In this document: positions 36,683 to 44,921 of the stretch, one piece after another
Layout: each line of letters opens with the position of its first letter
Position numbering within the stretch: position 1 is the first letter of the stretch
Source: a virus
Reading direction: 5' to 3' (one strand)
Virus record (IMG/VR): IMGVR_UViG_3300025648_000012
Coordinates: 32,001-96,000 of that record
DNA length: 64,000 bases
Notes under the pieces: model-generated
The model's input: only the letters and a program-made list of their open reading frames with translations
Told to the model about the DNA's origin: nothing
Databases searched by the model: none
Position numbers and translations under genes: made by a program

Positions 36683-37636
36683 GTGGATGCTAAAGCTACT
36701 GGTAAAGTAAGTGCAAAAGAAAATTTAGACGTATATGTTGAAAACCCTGTGGTATCAGAGGAAGTACAAAAAGAAATTAAAGCCAATTTTTCGGAAGCAA
36801 AACAAAAGCAATTTACTGCCTTTAAACTTAATGCTTTGGAGTTAGTAGATAGATGTGCTTCTCTAGCCTCGGAATCAATCCCCCGTCAATTACGGGATAT
36901 TACAACTTGTTTGGAAGATTTGATTCCCAAGCTTCGTACATTTTCAGTAATGGGTGGAAAAATTATTTTGGATAAAATTCAAAATGAATTAGTTTCCATT
37001 CAAGAAGGGCTATTGTCAGGGGCCATTAAAGGGGTAACACCTACAACTATTACTGCTCTAACAACCTTGGTTAAATCTGTTGAAGAAAAAATATCATCTC
37101 AGCATGAAAAAGCTAGAGATGATTCCTTTAGCGACGAATCGCTGAATACAGCACAAAAGGTATTTAACACCAAGCACTCTAAACTTCCAGCACTTGGAAA
37201 GGATACCCCATTCAAAATTGCAAAAGGGGCTATTACTTTTACCGCAAAAGGGAAGGTATTTTCTCAACCTACATTTATGGTAAATGTTGAAAAGTTAAAC
37301 CGCTTGGGGTTTAAGTCTTCCATATTTGAAGGATATTGCGTCATTGAAAACCAAACATTACTTGGAATAAGCAATGCTTCCATTCCAACAAAAGAAGTAG
37401 GTAAAAAGGTAGGTGAAGGTAAGACTTTTGTTGAGAAAAAGAAAACAAAAACTTCCTTTGACGTGGCTAAAGAAGTTCTAAAATCCATTATTCAAAAAAC
37501 AGGTAAGCATTGGATGTTTGTATCTTCTGAACCGAATCCAGTTTCAGGAGGAAATTGGTTTTGGATTATACCGGAAGCAGATCTCCAACTTTTACAATCC
37601 GTTAATAGAAAGTTTCCTTCTTGGGGAGTATTTTAA
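36683..37636 (+). CDS. Hypothetical protein
   Basis: 317 aa. Confidence 0.7.
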   Translation: MDAKATGKVSAKENLDVYVENPVVSEEVQKEIKANFSEAKQKQFTAFKLNALELVDRCASLASESIPRQLRDITTCLEDLIPKLRTFSVMGGKIILDKIQNELVSIQEGLLSGAIKGVTPTTITALTTLVKSVEEKISSQHEKARDDSFSDESLNTAQKVFNTKHSKLPALGKDTPFKIAKGAITFTAKGKVFSQPTFMVNVEKLNRLGFKSSIFEGYCVIENQTLLGISNASIPTKEVGKKVGEGKTFVEKKKTKTSFDVAKEVLKSIIQKTGKHWMFVSSEPNPVSGGNWFWIIPEADLQLLQSVNRKFPSWGVF

Positions 37637-38166
37637 TGTTAAACCATAAGCTTTATAGAAGCAAAGTTTACCCAACAAATGACGTATTGGATTACTTTGT
37701 TGCCCTATTTGCATCAACTCCTTTGGAGGTGGGGTCAGATTTTGGAGTAATTTTAGGGTCATCCTATACAGAGTTTGAGACTTTTCCTACAGAAGTGTAC
37801 GAGTTTAAGCCTGGCTCTTTGGGAGTTTGGTACGATAGTATCTCAAACCATTCTTCACTTATACTTCCATTGCGGGCAGGCCCAAAGGCAATTAGTAGGT
37901 GGCAGCAAATAGGAGATGAACACTTTTCAGTGTTCATACCCTTTGTAGTTTTAGCGGATTACCAAAAAGGTCTTCGCCATAGAAGGAAGGCATTTTTAAA
38001 CTCTATTAGTGATTCACTGATTCAATCTAACTATACTTTAACGTTTCATGGAGAACAGTTAATTGAGTATGATAACTCACTACCTATACATTCAGATTTT
38101 ATTTTTGATATAGTTAATAGGTCAGCGTCTATATTTGCAGAAGAATTGCAAGAAGAAACCGATTGA
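37636..38166 (+). CDS. Hypothetical protein
   Basis: TAATG coupling at 37634-38. Confidence 0.65.
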   Translation: MLNHKLYRSKVYPTNDVLDYFVALFASTPLEVGSDFGVILGSSYTEFETFPTEVYEFKPGSLGVWYDSISNHSSLILPLRAGPKAISRWQQIGDEHFSVFIPFVVLADYQKGLRHRRKAFLNSISDSLIQSNYTLTFHGEQLIEYDNSLPIHSDFIFDIVNRSASIFAEELQEETD

Positions 38167-38175
38167 GGTGACTTT

Positions 38176-38631
38176 ATGGCTTTCAAAAATAAAATTGTAG
38201 GAGATACTGATAAATGCTTTGTGTGTTTTTCACCTTTTAGAGAAAATGGTGGAACTTTGAATTGCGAAATTCACCATATAATTCCAAGAGCATTTGGAGG
38301 CACAAAAGGGCCAGTAGTTTATTTGTGTGAAAACCACCATACTCTAATTCACGAGGTAGCTAAAAAGTTAGTAAAGTCGAAACCCATAAAGAACCTTTTA
38401 CAGAATGAAAAAGTTGGCCTTCGTAAAATTATTTATTTAGCGCAAAGTATAGCAAAAGCAGAGGTAGCTTTTGGAGAAGATGAAAATAAACACCTATTGC
38501 TAGCTTTAAGAGTAAGTAAAACAGTAATGCAAGTATTAGATAAGTATAGGGGTAAGTTAAGCAGACAAGAGTTCGTACTATCTTCTGTAATTGAAAGGCT
38601 AAAAAGAGTGCACGAAAGTAAACAAACTTAA
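38176..38631 (+). CDS. HNH endonuclease
   Basis: CFVC...EIHHIIPRAFGG...LCENHHTLIH. Confidence 0.85.
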   Translation: MAFKNKIVGDTDKCFVCFSPFRENGGTLNCEIHHIIPRAFGGTKGPVVYLCENHHTLIHEVAKKLVKSKPIKNLLQNEKVGLRKIIYLAQSIAKAEVAFGEDENKHLLLALRVSKTVMQVLDKYRGKLSRQEFVLSSVIERLKRVHESKQT

Positions 38632-38643
38632 AGGAGAATTAAA

Positions 38644-38871
38644 ATGGACAATGGATTATTAGTTTTGATTGGATTTTTAGTAGTTTTTATTGGCTATTTT
38701 ATTCCAGGTATTATAGCCTCTAAAAGAAAGCACCAAGACGCGGGAGCTATATGGGTTGTAAACATATTTCTTGGGTGGACATTCTTGGGGTGGGTTGCCG
38801 CACTTATTTGGGCAAACACTCGAGTAGTTGCAAATAACAATGGAGTGGTTATTAACAATATTTCAACTTGA
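38644..38871 (+). CDS. imm: Superinfection immunity protein (T4 Imm-like)
   Basis: YFIPGIIASKRKH...IWVVNIFLGWTFLGWVAALIWA. Confidence 0.85.
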   Translation: MDNGLLVLIGFLVVFIGYFIPGIIASKRKHQDAGAIWVVNIFLGWTFLGWVAALIWANTRVVANNNGVVINNIST

Positions 38872-38892
38872 AATTTAAAAGGAGAATGAAAA

Positions 38893-39108
38893 ATGCTCCA
38901 AGAAATTAATCTAAACAAGCCTTCGTTACCTAAACAATGGAGGCATTGGTGCAAAGAGGTAGGACTTAAACTGATTAGTAAACACGACAAAAATTGGAAT
39001 CGCTTTGCGTATATGAGAGGAAAAGGCCGATATTGGCGAGTAAACGCCTCTGGAGTATTTGAGTGCTCTTGTCCTATTCCTTTTTTGATAGATGGGCAAA
39101 CAGCCTAG
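38893..39108 (+). CDS. Hypothetical protein (possibly frameshifted at the T6 run 39081-86)
   Basis: RBS ggaga; an alternative frame continues to about 39196. Confidence 0.5.
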   Translation: MLQEINLNKPSLPKQWRHWCKEVGLKLISKHDKNWNRFAYMRGKGRYWRVNASGVFECSCPIPFLIDGQTA

Positions 39109-39226
39109 GTGCAGCAAGTGTGAAGCTTCCAAATACCTTAACTGAGTTTAGATTAACAGTTTCGGATCTGGTGTTAAGGAGTGCAAGTAGTAGGTAAAGT
39201 GAGTAATTAAAAAAGGGGATTTAGTT

Positions 39227-39913
39227 ATGTTAAAGAAACCAGTTGATGTAGAACATGCCACTCGTGCATCCCTTGAAGCTGCAATGAAGTGTGGAGAGTG
39301 CCTTCATTTTAAAAATCTCCCATTAAGAAAAAATAAAGTACCTTGCCACCTTCTTGGAGTAAGGGCTTTTGCAGTTGCCCCGAAATGTTACACTCCAGAC
39401 GTTTCTCAACTTCAAATAGGGGCAGGTAACTTGGTAAGAATAGCCCTTTTATTTCAGTCAATGAACTCAAAGCAAAAAAGAATTTTAATGGCTACCCTAA
39501 AGCTCACAATGGGGCAATCTAAATTCAAGTTCGGAGAAAGGGTTTATTTAAAACCTGGTAGAGAGTATGTTCAAAATTATTTATCAGCAAACGTCATTGG
39601 AACGACCAGTTCTAAAACTCATGTTATTACCTGCGGAGAGCAGGACTTGGGTAGAACTTGGTTTGGGTACCTGGAGCAAAAAGACCTTTTAACTTTCCAG
39701 ATGTGGAAGGATAGAAGAGCCAAGTTAGTAAAAGAAGGTAAACTTGTGGATCCTAAAGCTCCAAAAAAGAAAGGAATAACAGAAACCAAGTTGGCCTCTG
39801 AAACGTTTGAACCGCCTGTTCCTACTATTGATAGTGGACCTAAAGAGAATAAAGAGAATAAACCAAAAAAGAAAGGAGTAAAAGATACGTATGAAACTTT
39901 AACTATTCGGTGA
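39227..39913 (+). CDS. Hypothetical protein with Cys cluster
   Basis: CGECLHF...C...C. Confidence 0.65.
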   Translation: MLKKPVDVEHATRASLEAAMKCGECLHFKNLPLRKNKVPCHLLGVRAFAVAPKCYTPDVSQLQIGAGNLVRIALLFQSMNSKQKRILMATLKLTMGQSKFKFGERVYLKPGREYVQNYLSANVIGTTSSKTHVITCGEQDLGRTWFGYLEQKDLLTFQMWKDRRAKLVKEGKLVDPKAPKKKGITETKLASETFEPPVPTIDSGPKENKENKPKKKGVKDTYETLTIR

Positions 39914-39923
39914 GAGAGTTTTC

Positions 39924-40832
39924 ATGGTACAGGGACTAACATTTGAGGAAGCTCAAGTAGTGTTTGATTACCTTTTTGGTAAAATAAACAAATGGGAAGT
40001 AAGAAAACTCCTACCTTCACATAAAGAAGTTTTTGCTAAGGTTAATCCAAACAAAGGGTATTTTTATAAGAATGCCAAGTTGTATCTTTGGGCATTAGCT
40101 AATTTTAGAAAGGGGGGTCAACAGCATGGGCCAGGTAAATTCCTAATTCAAAAAGAAGATGTTGCAGATTTACGGGCTATTGTACTCCCGTCAATTAGCA
40201 CCAAGTACCCGGTTTTAACTCTAAAGCAGTTTGAATTACTTGCTGATTCTTGCCTAATGAGTATTCTATCCTCTCAATGGATAGGAAAATTTATAAGCAA
40301 AAAATTGGTGTTTCTAAACAGGTTTGGACTTTCAAGAAACGATATAGAGTCCTCTTTAAGGGAAGCAGGATTTATTGCACTTTGTAAAAAGTATCCTTAC
40401 TACGAGTCTGAACTTCATGCAGTAAACGTGTGCAAAGCTGCTATGCACAATCATGCTTATAGATTGGTTGAGTACAACACTTGTCCTAAACGTGCAGTAC
40501 AAACAGTTTCCATGGACGCATTTTTAGGTACTTTTAGTCGAGTATCAACTCCAGCTACAGTAGAAACAGATGAGTGGGTAAATAAGCAAAGTCTGCTTTC
40601 TATTGAAAGTAAGCTTTCTCCAAGAGGAAAGCTATTTTTAGATTTAGCACAGGGAACATATAACGAAGAATTTTCTGCTATACTTGGAAAATCAAACTCA
40701 GATTTAGCTTTAGAGATGCCGTACGATGAATACCTAAGTAGAGTTAGAGCATTTGTGAGAGTATCATATTCTCAACAAGTCAAGTTCTTTAATGAAGTAA
40801 AAAGTAAGATGGTTTACAAAACCTGTAAATAA
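39924..40832 (+). CDS. Divergent sigma70-family-like transcription factor
   Basis: Region-2-like DIESSLREAGFIAL...AMHNHAYR, then VSMDA, then region-4-like KLSPRGKLFLDLAQGTYNEEFSAILGKS. Confidence 0.5.
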   Translation: MVQGLTFEEAQVVFDYLFGKINKWEVRKLLPSHKEVFAKVNPNKGYFYKNAKLYLWALANFRKGGQQHGPGKFLIQKEDVADLRAIVLPSISTKYPVLTLKQFELLADSCLMSILSSQWIGKFISKKLVFLNRFGLSRNDIESSLREAGFIALCKKYPYYESELHAVNVCKAAMHNHAYRLVEYNTCPKRAVQTVSMDAFLGTFSRVSTPATVETDEWVNKQSLLSIESKLSPRGKLFLDLAQGTYNEEFSAILGKSNSDLALEMPYDEYLSRVRAFVRVSYSQQVKFFNEVKSKMVYKTCK

Positions 40833-40875
40833 GAGGGTAGCATGTCAAAAGTAGTTAAACTTTAAGGAGAGTAAA

Positions 40876-41673
40876 ATGAAAGAAAATCTTGTAGCGGGAG
40901 CAGTATGGTTTAACAGCAAGGGGAAAGAGCATCTGGTACTTGGAATTTCTAATGCGCATTTGAGTGAGCAACAGCAAGCCAAGCATCCACCATTGGTCGT
41001 ATTCCTTGACCCAGATGGAAATTTGTCAACTCTTTCGGAAGAAAAGTTTACTGCATTTTTGCAATTTGAAAAGGTAAGTGATAATCTCGAAAGTGTCTTT
41101 GACGATCTTCTTAGCATGTTTGTAAGTGGTGAGTACGCACCCACCGAAGAACCAGAGGATTCAAAGGAAAGCACTGAACAGGAGAAAGCACTACTTTCAA
41201 TTCAAACTCAAGCTGAAAATGATGTAGAAATTGAAAACTACGGTGAAAGTAAGTTCTCAGTGGTATCAGACGCAGTTGAAAAGGAAATCAACAATGAGCT
41301 AAATTTGGCTTTTGTTTCCTATGAAGAATCTCCTTATGGAGCTACTGAAAATTCACTGCATACTCTTACTTTTGATGCTTCTGCCGTTGAGTACGCAACC
41401 CTGCTAAAGGTGTTTGCAGACCCAACAAAAGTTTCCAAGTTTTCAGTTAATGAACTTGTTGTTGAGTATGATGCTTATATCGTAGTAAGTAAGTGCGTGT
41501 TTTCTGATGGAGGAGAGGCTTACAAGGTATATTTGGTATCAGAAAACCTTCCCATTCACTCTTACCGCTCTACAGAGCTTTTAGCAGAGCTGATTCATGC
41601 AGAGATCGCTAAGCCAGTGTTTGAAGCCAAAACCACTGTTACCGTACAACCAAAAGTTGTTAACTTGGCATGA
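40876..41673 (+). CDS. Hypothetical acidic protein
   Basis: 265 aa, strong RBS. Confidence 0.7.
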   Translation: MKENLVAGAVWFNSKGKEHLVLGISNAHLSEQQQAKHPPLVVFLDPDGNLSTLSEEKFTAFLQFEKVSDNLESVFDDLLSMFVSGEYAPTEEPEDSKESTEQEKALLSIQTQAENDVEIENYGESKFSVVSDAVEKEINNELNLAFVSYEESPYGATENSLHTLTFDASAVEYATLLKVFADPTKVSKFSVNELVVEYDAYIVVSKCVFSDGGEAYKVYLVSENLPIHSYRSTELLAELIHAEIAKPVFEAKTTVTVQPKVVNLA

Positions 41674-42674
41674 CACAGTTAAAGCTGATTATAGCAAAAG
41701 AAAACGAAGGGAAACCCTTCTTGGGTAGAGTATTAAAAACTACCCAAGAAGGGTATGAGGGTTTGAAAGAGAAAAATCTTCACATGGATGGGCTTCAACA
41801 AGAGTTTTCTATTGCTAAAAAGAATGTAATTGCAATTCTAAACACTAAAGCCCTAATTGAAGGTAACTGTTTTGGGTTGAACCCCAAGGAGGTATTTAGA
41901 AAGAAAACTAACCATGACTTTGGAGACTTGTGCTGGTTTTACACTCCTTCTTCTGAAAAAAAAGAAATAATTTTATCTGCTTTTGATAAGGCTTGGAGAT
42001 TACTCAAAAAGAACAGGTTAGAGTATCCTGTAGATGAAACCGTATGGGAAATTCGGCCCTCTAAAAAAGTAAAGCACTCAGGAATGTACAAAAGCAAGGG
42101 TAAAATAGAACCAGCAATTTTTGAGGTTCGTCCAGAACTCATGGAAAAAGAAAGGGACATGACCTATGTTGTACTTCATGAGGTAGGGCACCACCTGCAT
42201 GATGTATACTTTACTCATGACAAAGGAAACGCAGCATGGATTAAATTGTTTGAAAAAACAGTAATGGCAAGACCCGTTTCAAAAGAAGAGTTGAGCAGAA
42301 TTAAAAATGAATTATTAAATGGAGAAGTATTACCCTCCAAGTTAATAAAGTCAGTAGCGGAAGAAGACCAGCCTGCCATACGGACAATTTTGAGGCATAT
42401 TAGAACAAACAATAACTTGTCACCAAGAGAGTTAGATTTGTTGTTTGTGCATGAGCAAGCCCTGTTTTCTTCAATTTGGCCTGACAAAGGTATAACAGAA
42501 AAAGATTTGAAGCCCATAATTTCTGAATATGCCACCAAGAATTATAAGGAACTGTTTGCTGAAGCCTTTTCTTTTTGGTTAACCGGTAGAATAACAGAGT
42601 CAGGCGAATTTCCATCTGCCGTTGAAAAACTATTAGAAAAGAGTTTGTCTGTAGTTAGAGACAACTTGAAGTAG
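41670..42674 (+). CDS. Zincin-like metallopeptidase-domain protein
   Basis: VLHEVGHHLH and SEYATKNYKELFAEAF. Confidence 0.7.
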   Translation: MTQLKLIIAKENEGKPFLGRVLKTTQEGYEGLKEKNLHMDGLQQEFSIAKKNVIAILNTKALIEGNCFGLNPKEVFRKKTNHDFGDLCWFYTPSSEKKEIILSAFDKAWRLLKKNRLEYPVDETVWEIRPSKKVKHSGMYKSKGKIEPAIFEVRPELMEKERDMTYVVLHEVGHHLHDVYFTHDKGNAAWIKLFEKTVMARPVSKEELSRIKNELLNGEVLPSKLIKSVAEEDQPAIRTILRHIRTNNNLSPRELDLLFVHEQALFSSIWPDKGITEKDLKPIISEYATKNYKELFAEAFSFWLTGRITESGEFPSAVEKLLEKSLSVVRDNLK

Positions 42675-42705
42675 ACCACACTAGCATTTTAAGGAGAGTA
42701 AACTA

Positions 42706-42912
42706 ATGAACCTAATTCCATTTTTTGGCAAGCATAAATATATTACTCGGGAGAACCGCAAGTTTCGTGTTCGGTATTCACTTAAAGGAGAAACTATAAC
42801 TATTGGTTCCTTTGATAACTTGGACTTGGCTTGTTGGAAAAGAAACGTGCATTTTGCACATAACCTGGAACTACATAATAATGTATCCACTTTAGCATTT
42901 AGAACGGGATGA
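42706..42912 (+). CDS. Small protein, possibly an AP2-like DNA-binding domain
   Basis: KFRVRYSLKGETITIGSFDNLDLA; RBS aaggag. Confidence 0.45.
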   Translation: MNLIPFFGKHKYITRENRKFRVRYSLKGETITIGSFDNLDLACWKRNVHFAHNLELHNNVSTLAFRTG

Positions 42913-42933
42913 ATTTAGAAAAGGAGTAAAGGC

Positions 42934-43422
42934 ATGACTACCAAAAAATCAATCTCTACAGCTGAATTTGTAGAGGAGTGTAAAAAACAAAATAAAATGG
43001 AGAATTTAGATTACTCCAAGGTAGTCTACTCCACTCAAAAAGAAAAAGTAACCGCAACCTGTGCAATACATGGTGATTTTTCGCGTACAGCTATGAGCTT
43101 GAAAAAAGCGCTAATACCCTGTATTAAGTGCAGAAAAACTTTTCAAGTAAGCAAAAAAGAAAAGGAACCACCTAAAGTTTCGATTCCTCAATACCAGAGA
43201 ATTGGTGTTTATTCTAAAGGGTCACAAACGCCAATGTTCGTTGTAACTATGGCAGATAATTCAGAAGAAAAAGTAATGAACTTTGTCAAACTTTATGGTA
43301 TTGATTTGCCTAAATCTTTTGAGATTAGGCCAGTGACTTCTGCGACAGATTATGTCAGTTGGAGTTTTGGGAGAGCAAAATTGCATAGTAAAAACTTTGT
43401 TGAAGAGGAGTTGGCTGCTTAA
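42934..43422 (+). CDS. Protein with N-terminal DUF723-like Zn-binding repeat
   Basis: EFVEECK...LDYSKVVY...KVTATCAIHGDF...CIKC. Confidence 0.6.
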   Translation: MTTKKSISTAEFVEECKKQNKMENLDYSKVVYSTQKEKVTATCAIHGDFSRTAMSLKKALIPCIKCRKTFQVSKKEKEPPKVSIPQYQRIGVYSKGSQTPMFVVTMADNSEEKVMNFVKLYGIDLPKSFEIRPVTSATDYVSWSFGRAKLHSKNFVEEELAA

Positions 43423-43426
43423 TTTT

Positions 43427-43503
43427 GTGCCCGTAGCTCAACTGGATAGAGCACCAGCCTTCTAAGCTGGGGGTCGCTGGTTCGAGTCCAGCCGGGCACG
43501 CCA
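43427..43503 (+). tRNA. tRNA-Arg(UCU)
   Basis: Acceptor GTGCCCG/CGGGCAC, D arm GCTC/GAGC, anticodon arm CCAGC-CTTCTAA-GCTGG, T loop TTCGAGT, encoded CCA. Confidence 0.97.
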
Positions 43504-43521
43504 TAGTTAATAGGGGTAAAA

Positions 43522-43725
43522 ATGCTAAAGCCAACGGGACAACTAAGGTACTTGAAGCAGTTTCTTCCTATATTTCGTGCGGAAGAACGTTCATCTTTGA
43601 ATACTAATCTTGGTTATACAAAAATAACTTTACAGCGTCTTTGGGTAGATGAACAAAATCCAGAAGGGAGTGAGTGGAGACCAGATGAGGATATTCCAAT
43701 AGTTTACGAGGTAACATTATGCTAA
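43522..43725 (+). CDS. Small hypothetical protein (paralog of the next gene)
   Basis: MLKPT..LR...LQ..W...EWR shared with the 43719 gene. Confidence 0.6.
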   Translation: MLKPTGQLRYLKQFLPIFRAEERSSLNTNLGYTKITLQRLWVDEQNPEGSEWRPDEDIPIVYEVTLC

Positions 43726-43928
43726 AACCAACACATAGATTGAGGTTTATTCGGAGGATAGGTACTGAGCAAATCATACAGCCTAATGATAAAAACTATA
43801 GGTTGTTTGCAGGAACTGCTGTTTCTCCATGTGTTAAACTTCAACAATACTGGGAATGCCCACAAAATAGCAAACCTCCAGAATGGAGAGATGCTTATTA
43901 TATAGTTTTAGATACAGTACGTCTGTAA
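43719..43928 (+). CDS. Small hypothetical protein (paralog of the previous gene)
   Basis: Same shared motifs. Confidence 0.6.
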   Translation: MLKPTHRLRFIRRIGTEQIIQPNDKNYRLFAGTAVSPCVKLQQYWECPQNSKPPEWRDAYYIVLDTVRL

Positions 43929-43934
43929 ATAATA

Positions 43935-44196
43935 GGTTAGAACAAGCGCGCTCCCGCGCGAGTAAGGAGCTCAGTACTGTTTCCCCTTTACAGTACAAAA
44001 CCTTTCGGTAGATTGAGCATAACCGTCCCAATTTGGGTGCAAGGGAAAGTTGAGTGGCAACTCAGCCCCAGCTGCAGGGGATATAACTATCCGGTGGAAA
44101 CAAGCTACGAGTGCGCTCGTAGGGCTATGCCACAGCCTTTACATGACCGCCGGAGGGCTTGTAGGTAGATAGCCCTTAAATGCGTGCAGCACCCAA
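43935..44196 (+). ncRNA. Unassigned structured GC-rich RNA
   Basis: Many nested helices, a long-range closing stem ttgggtgc/gcacccaa and crossing helices; strand inferred from context. Confidence 0.6.
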
Positions 44197-44221
44197 CCTT
44201 TTAACACATAAGGAGTGTAGA

Positions 44222-44803
44222 ATGGAAAAAATAACTGCAACGAAAGTAATTGAACCCTTAGAAACGAATTTGGTTGAGTACGTTAAAGAGCATCTTTCTA
44301 CTAAAATTAGTAAATCTAAACTCGATCCTATCGAAACGTATGAAGGAGGAGACGTTTATAATTTTGGGGATGATGAAACTGGTTACTATGTTCTTGTAGT
44401 AAGAAATGAAGTTGTATACTTTGTTAGGTACAAAAAAATAAAACACAATCAGATGCACTTTGGTAGGCAAGTGTTGGTTTATAGTAATCGAGTTGTACCA
44501 GAAACAGCCGAATTTGCTAGGTACATATTTTTTCAAAAGCTATTGCCTAGATACCACTCACTAATTGCTGACCAATTGCAAACACCTGACGGTAAACGTT
44601 TTTGGCAATATTCTATGATTTATTCTTTTGGAAAACATTATGTATATTTTTTGGATAGAAGGTCTTCTCCAAATAGGTTAATTCAGTTGCATAACCGATC
44701 TGACATGAATTTATATGGAGATCAACTTTGGGGTACTACAGAAGGTCACAAAAGAACTTTTGCTGTAATTAGTGATAGAGCATTAAAATTAGCAACAAAG
44801 TAA
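44222..44803 (+). CDS. Hypothetical protein
   Basis: ATG 44222 with RBS aaggag (the track start at 44180 lies inside the RNA structure). Confidence 0.7.
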   Translation: MEKITATKVIEPLETNLVEYVKEHLSTKISKSKLDPIETYEGGDVYNFGDDETGYYVLVVRNEVVYFVRYKKIKHNQMHFGRQVLVYSNRVVPETAEFARYIFFQKLLPRYHSLIADQLQTPDGKRFWQYSMIYSFGKHYVYFLDRRSSPNRLIQLHNRSDMNLYGDQLWGTTEGHKRTFAVISDRALKLATK

Positions 44804-44921
44804 TTAGTGCAGTACACAAAAGGCCTTTGCTACGGGCCAATAATTTTAGCCGCCTAAAAGCTGCCATTGCGAAAAGATGGCCCCGTATAGCAGTAAGCGG
44901 GATTAAAAGAAGGAATTTTTC

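Noticed and set aside
38176-38631. HNH nuclease as the TasA effector partner
   Set aside because: It lies 13 kb away and free-standing HNH genes are common in phages; nothing links the two.
43935-44196. RNase P, tmRNA or group I intron identity
   Set aside because: No GAGGAAAGUCC/P4 match, no tRNA-like T loop or CCA end, and it does not interrupt a gene.
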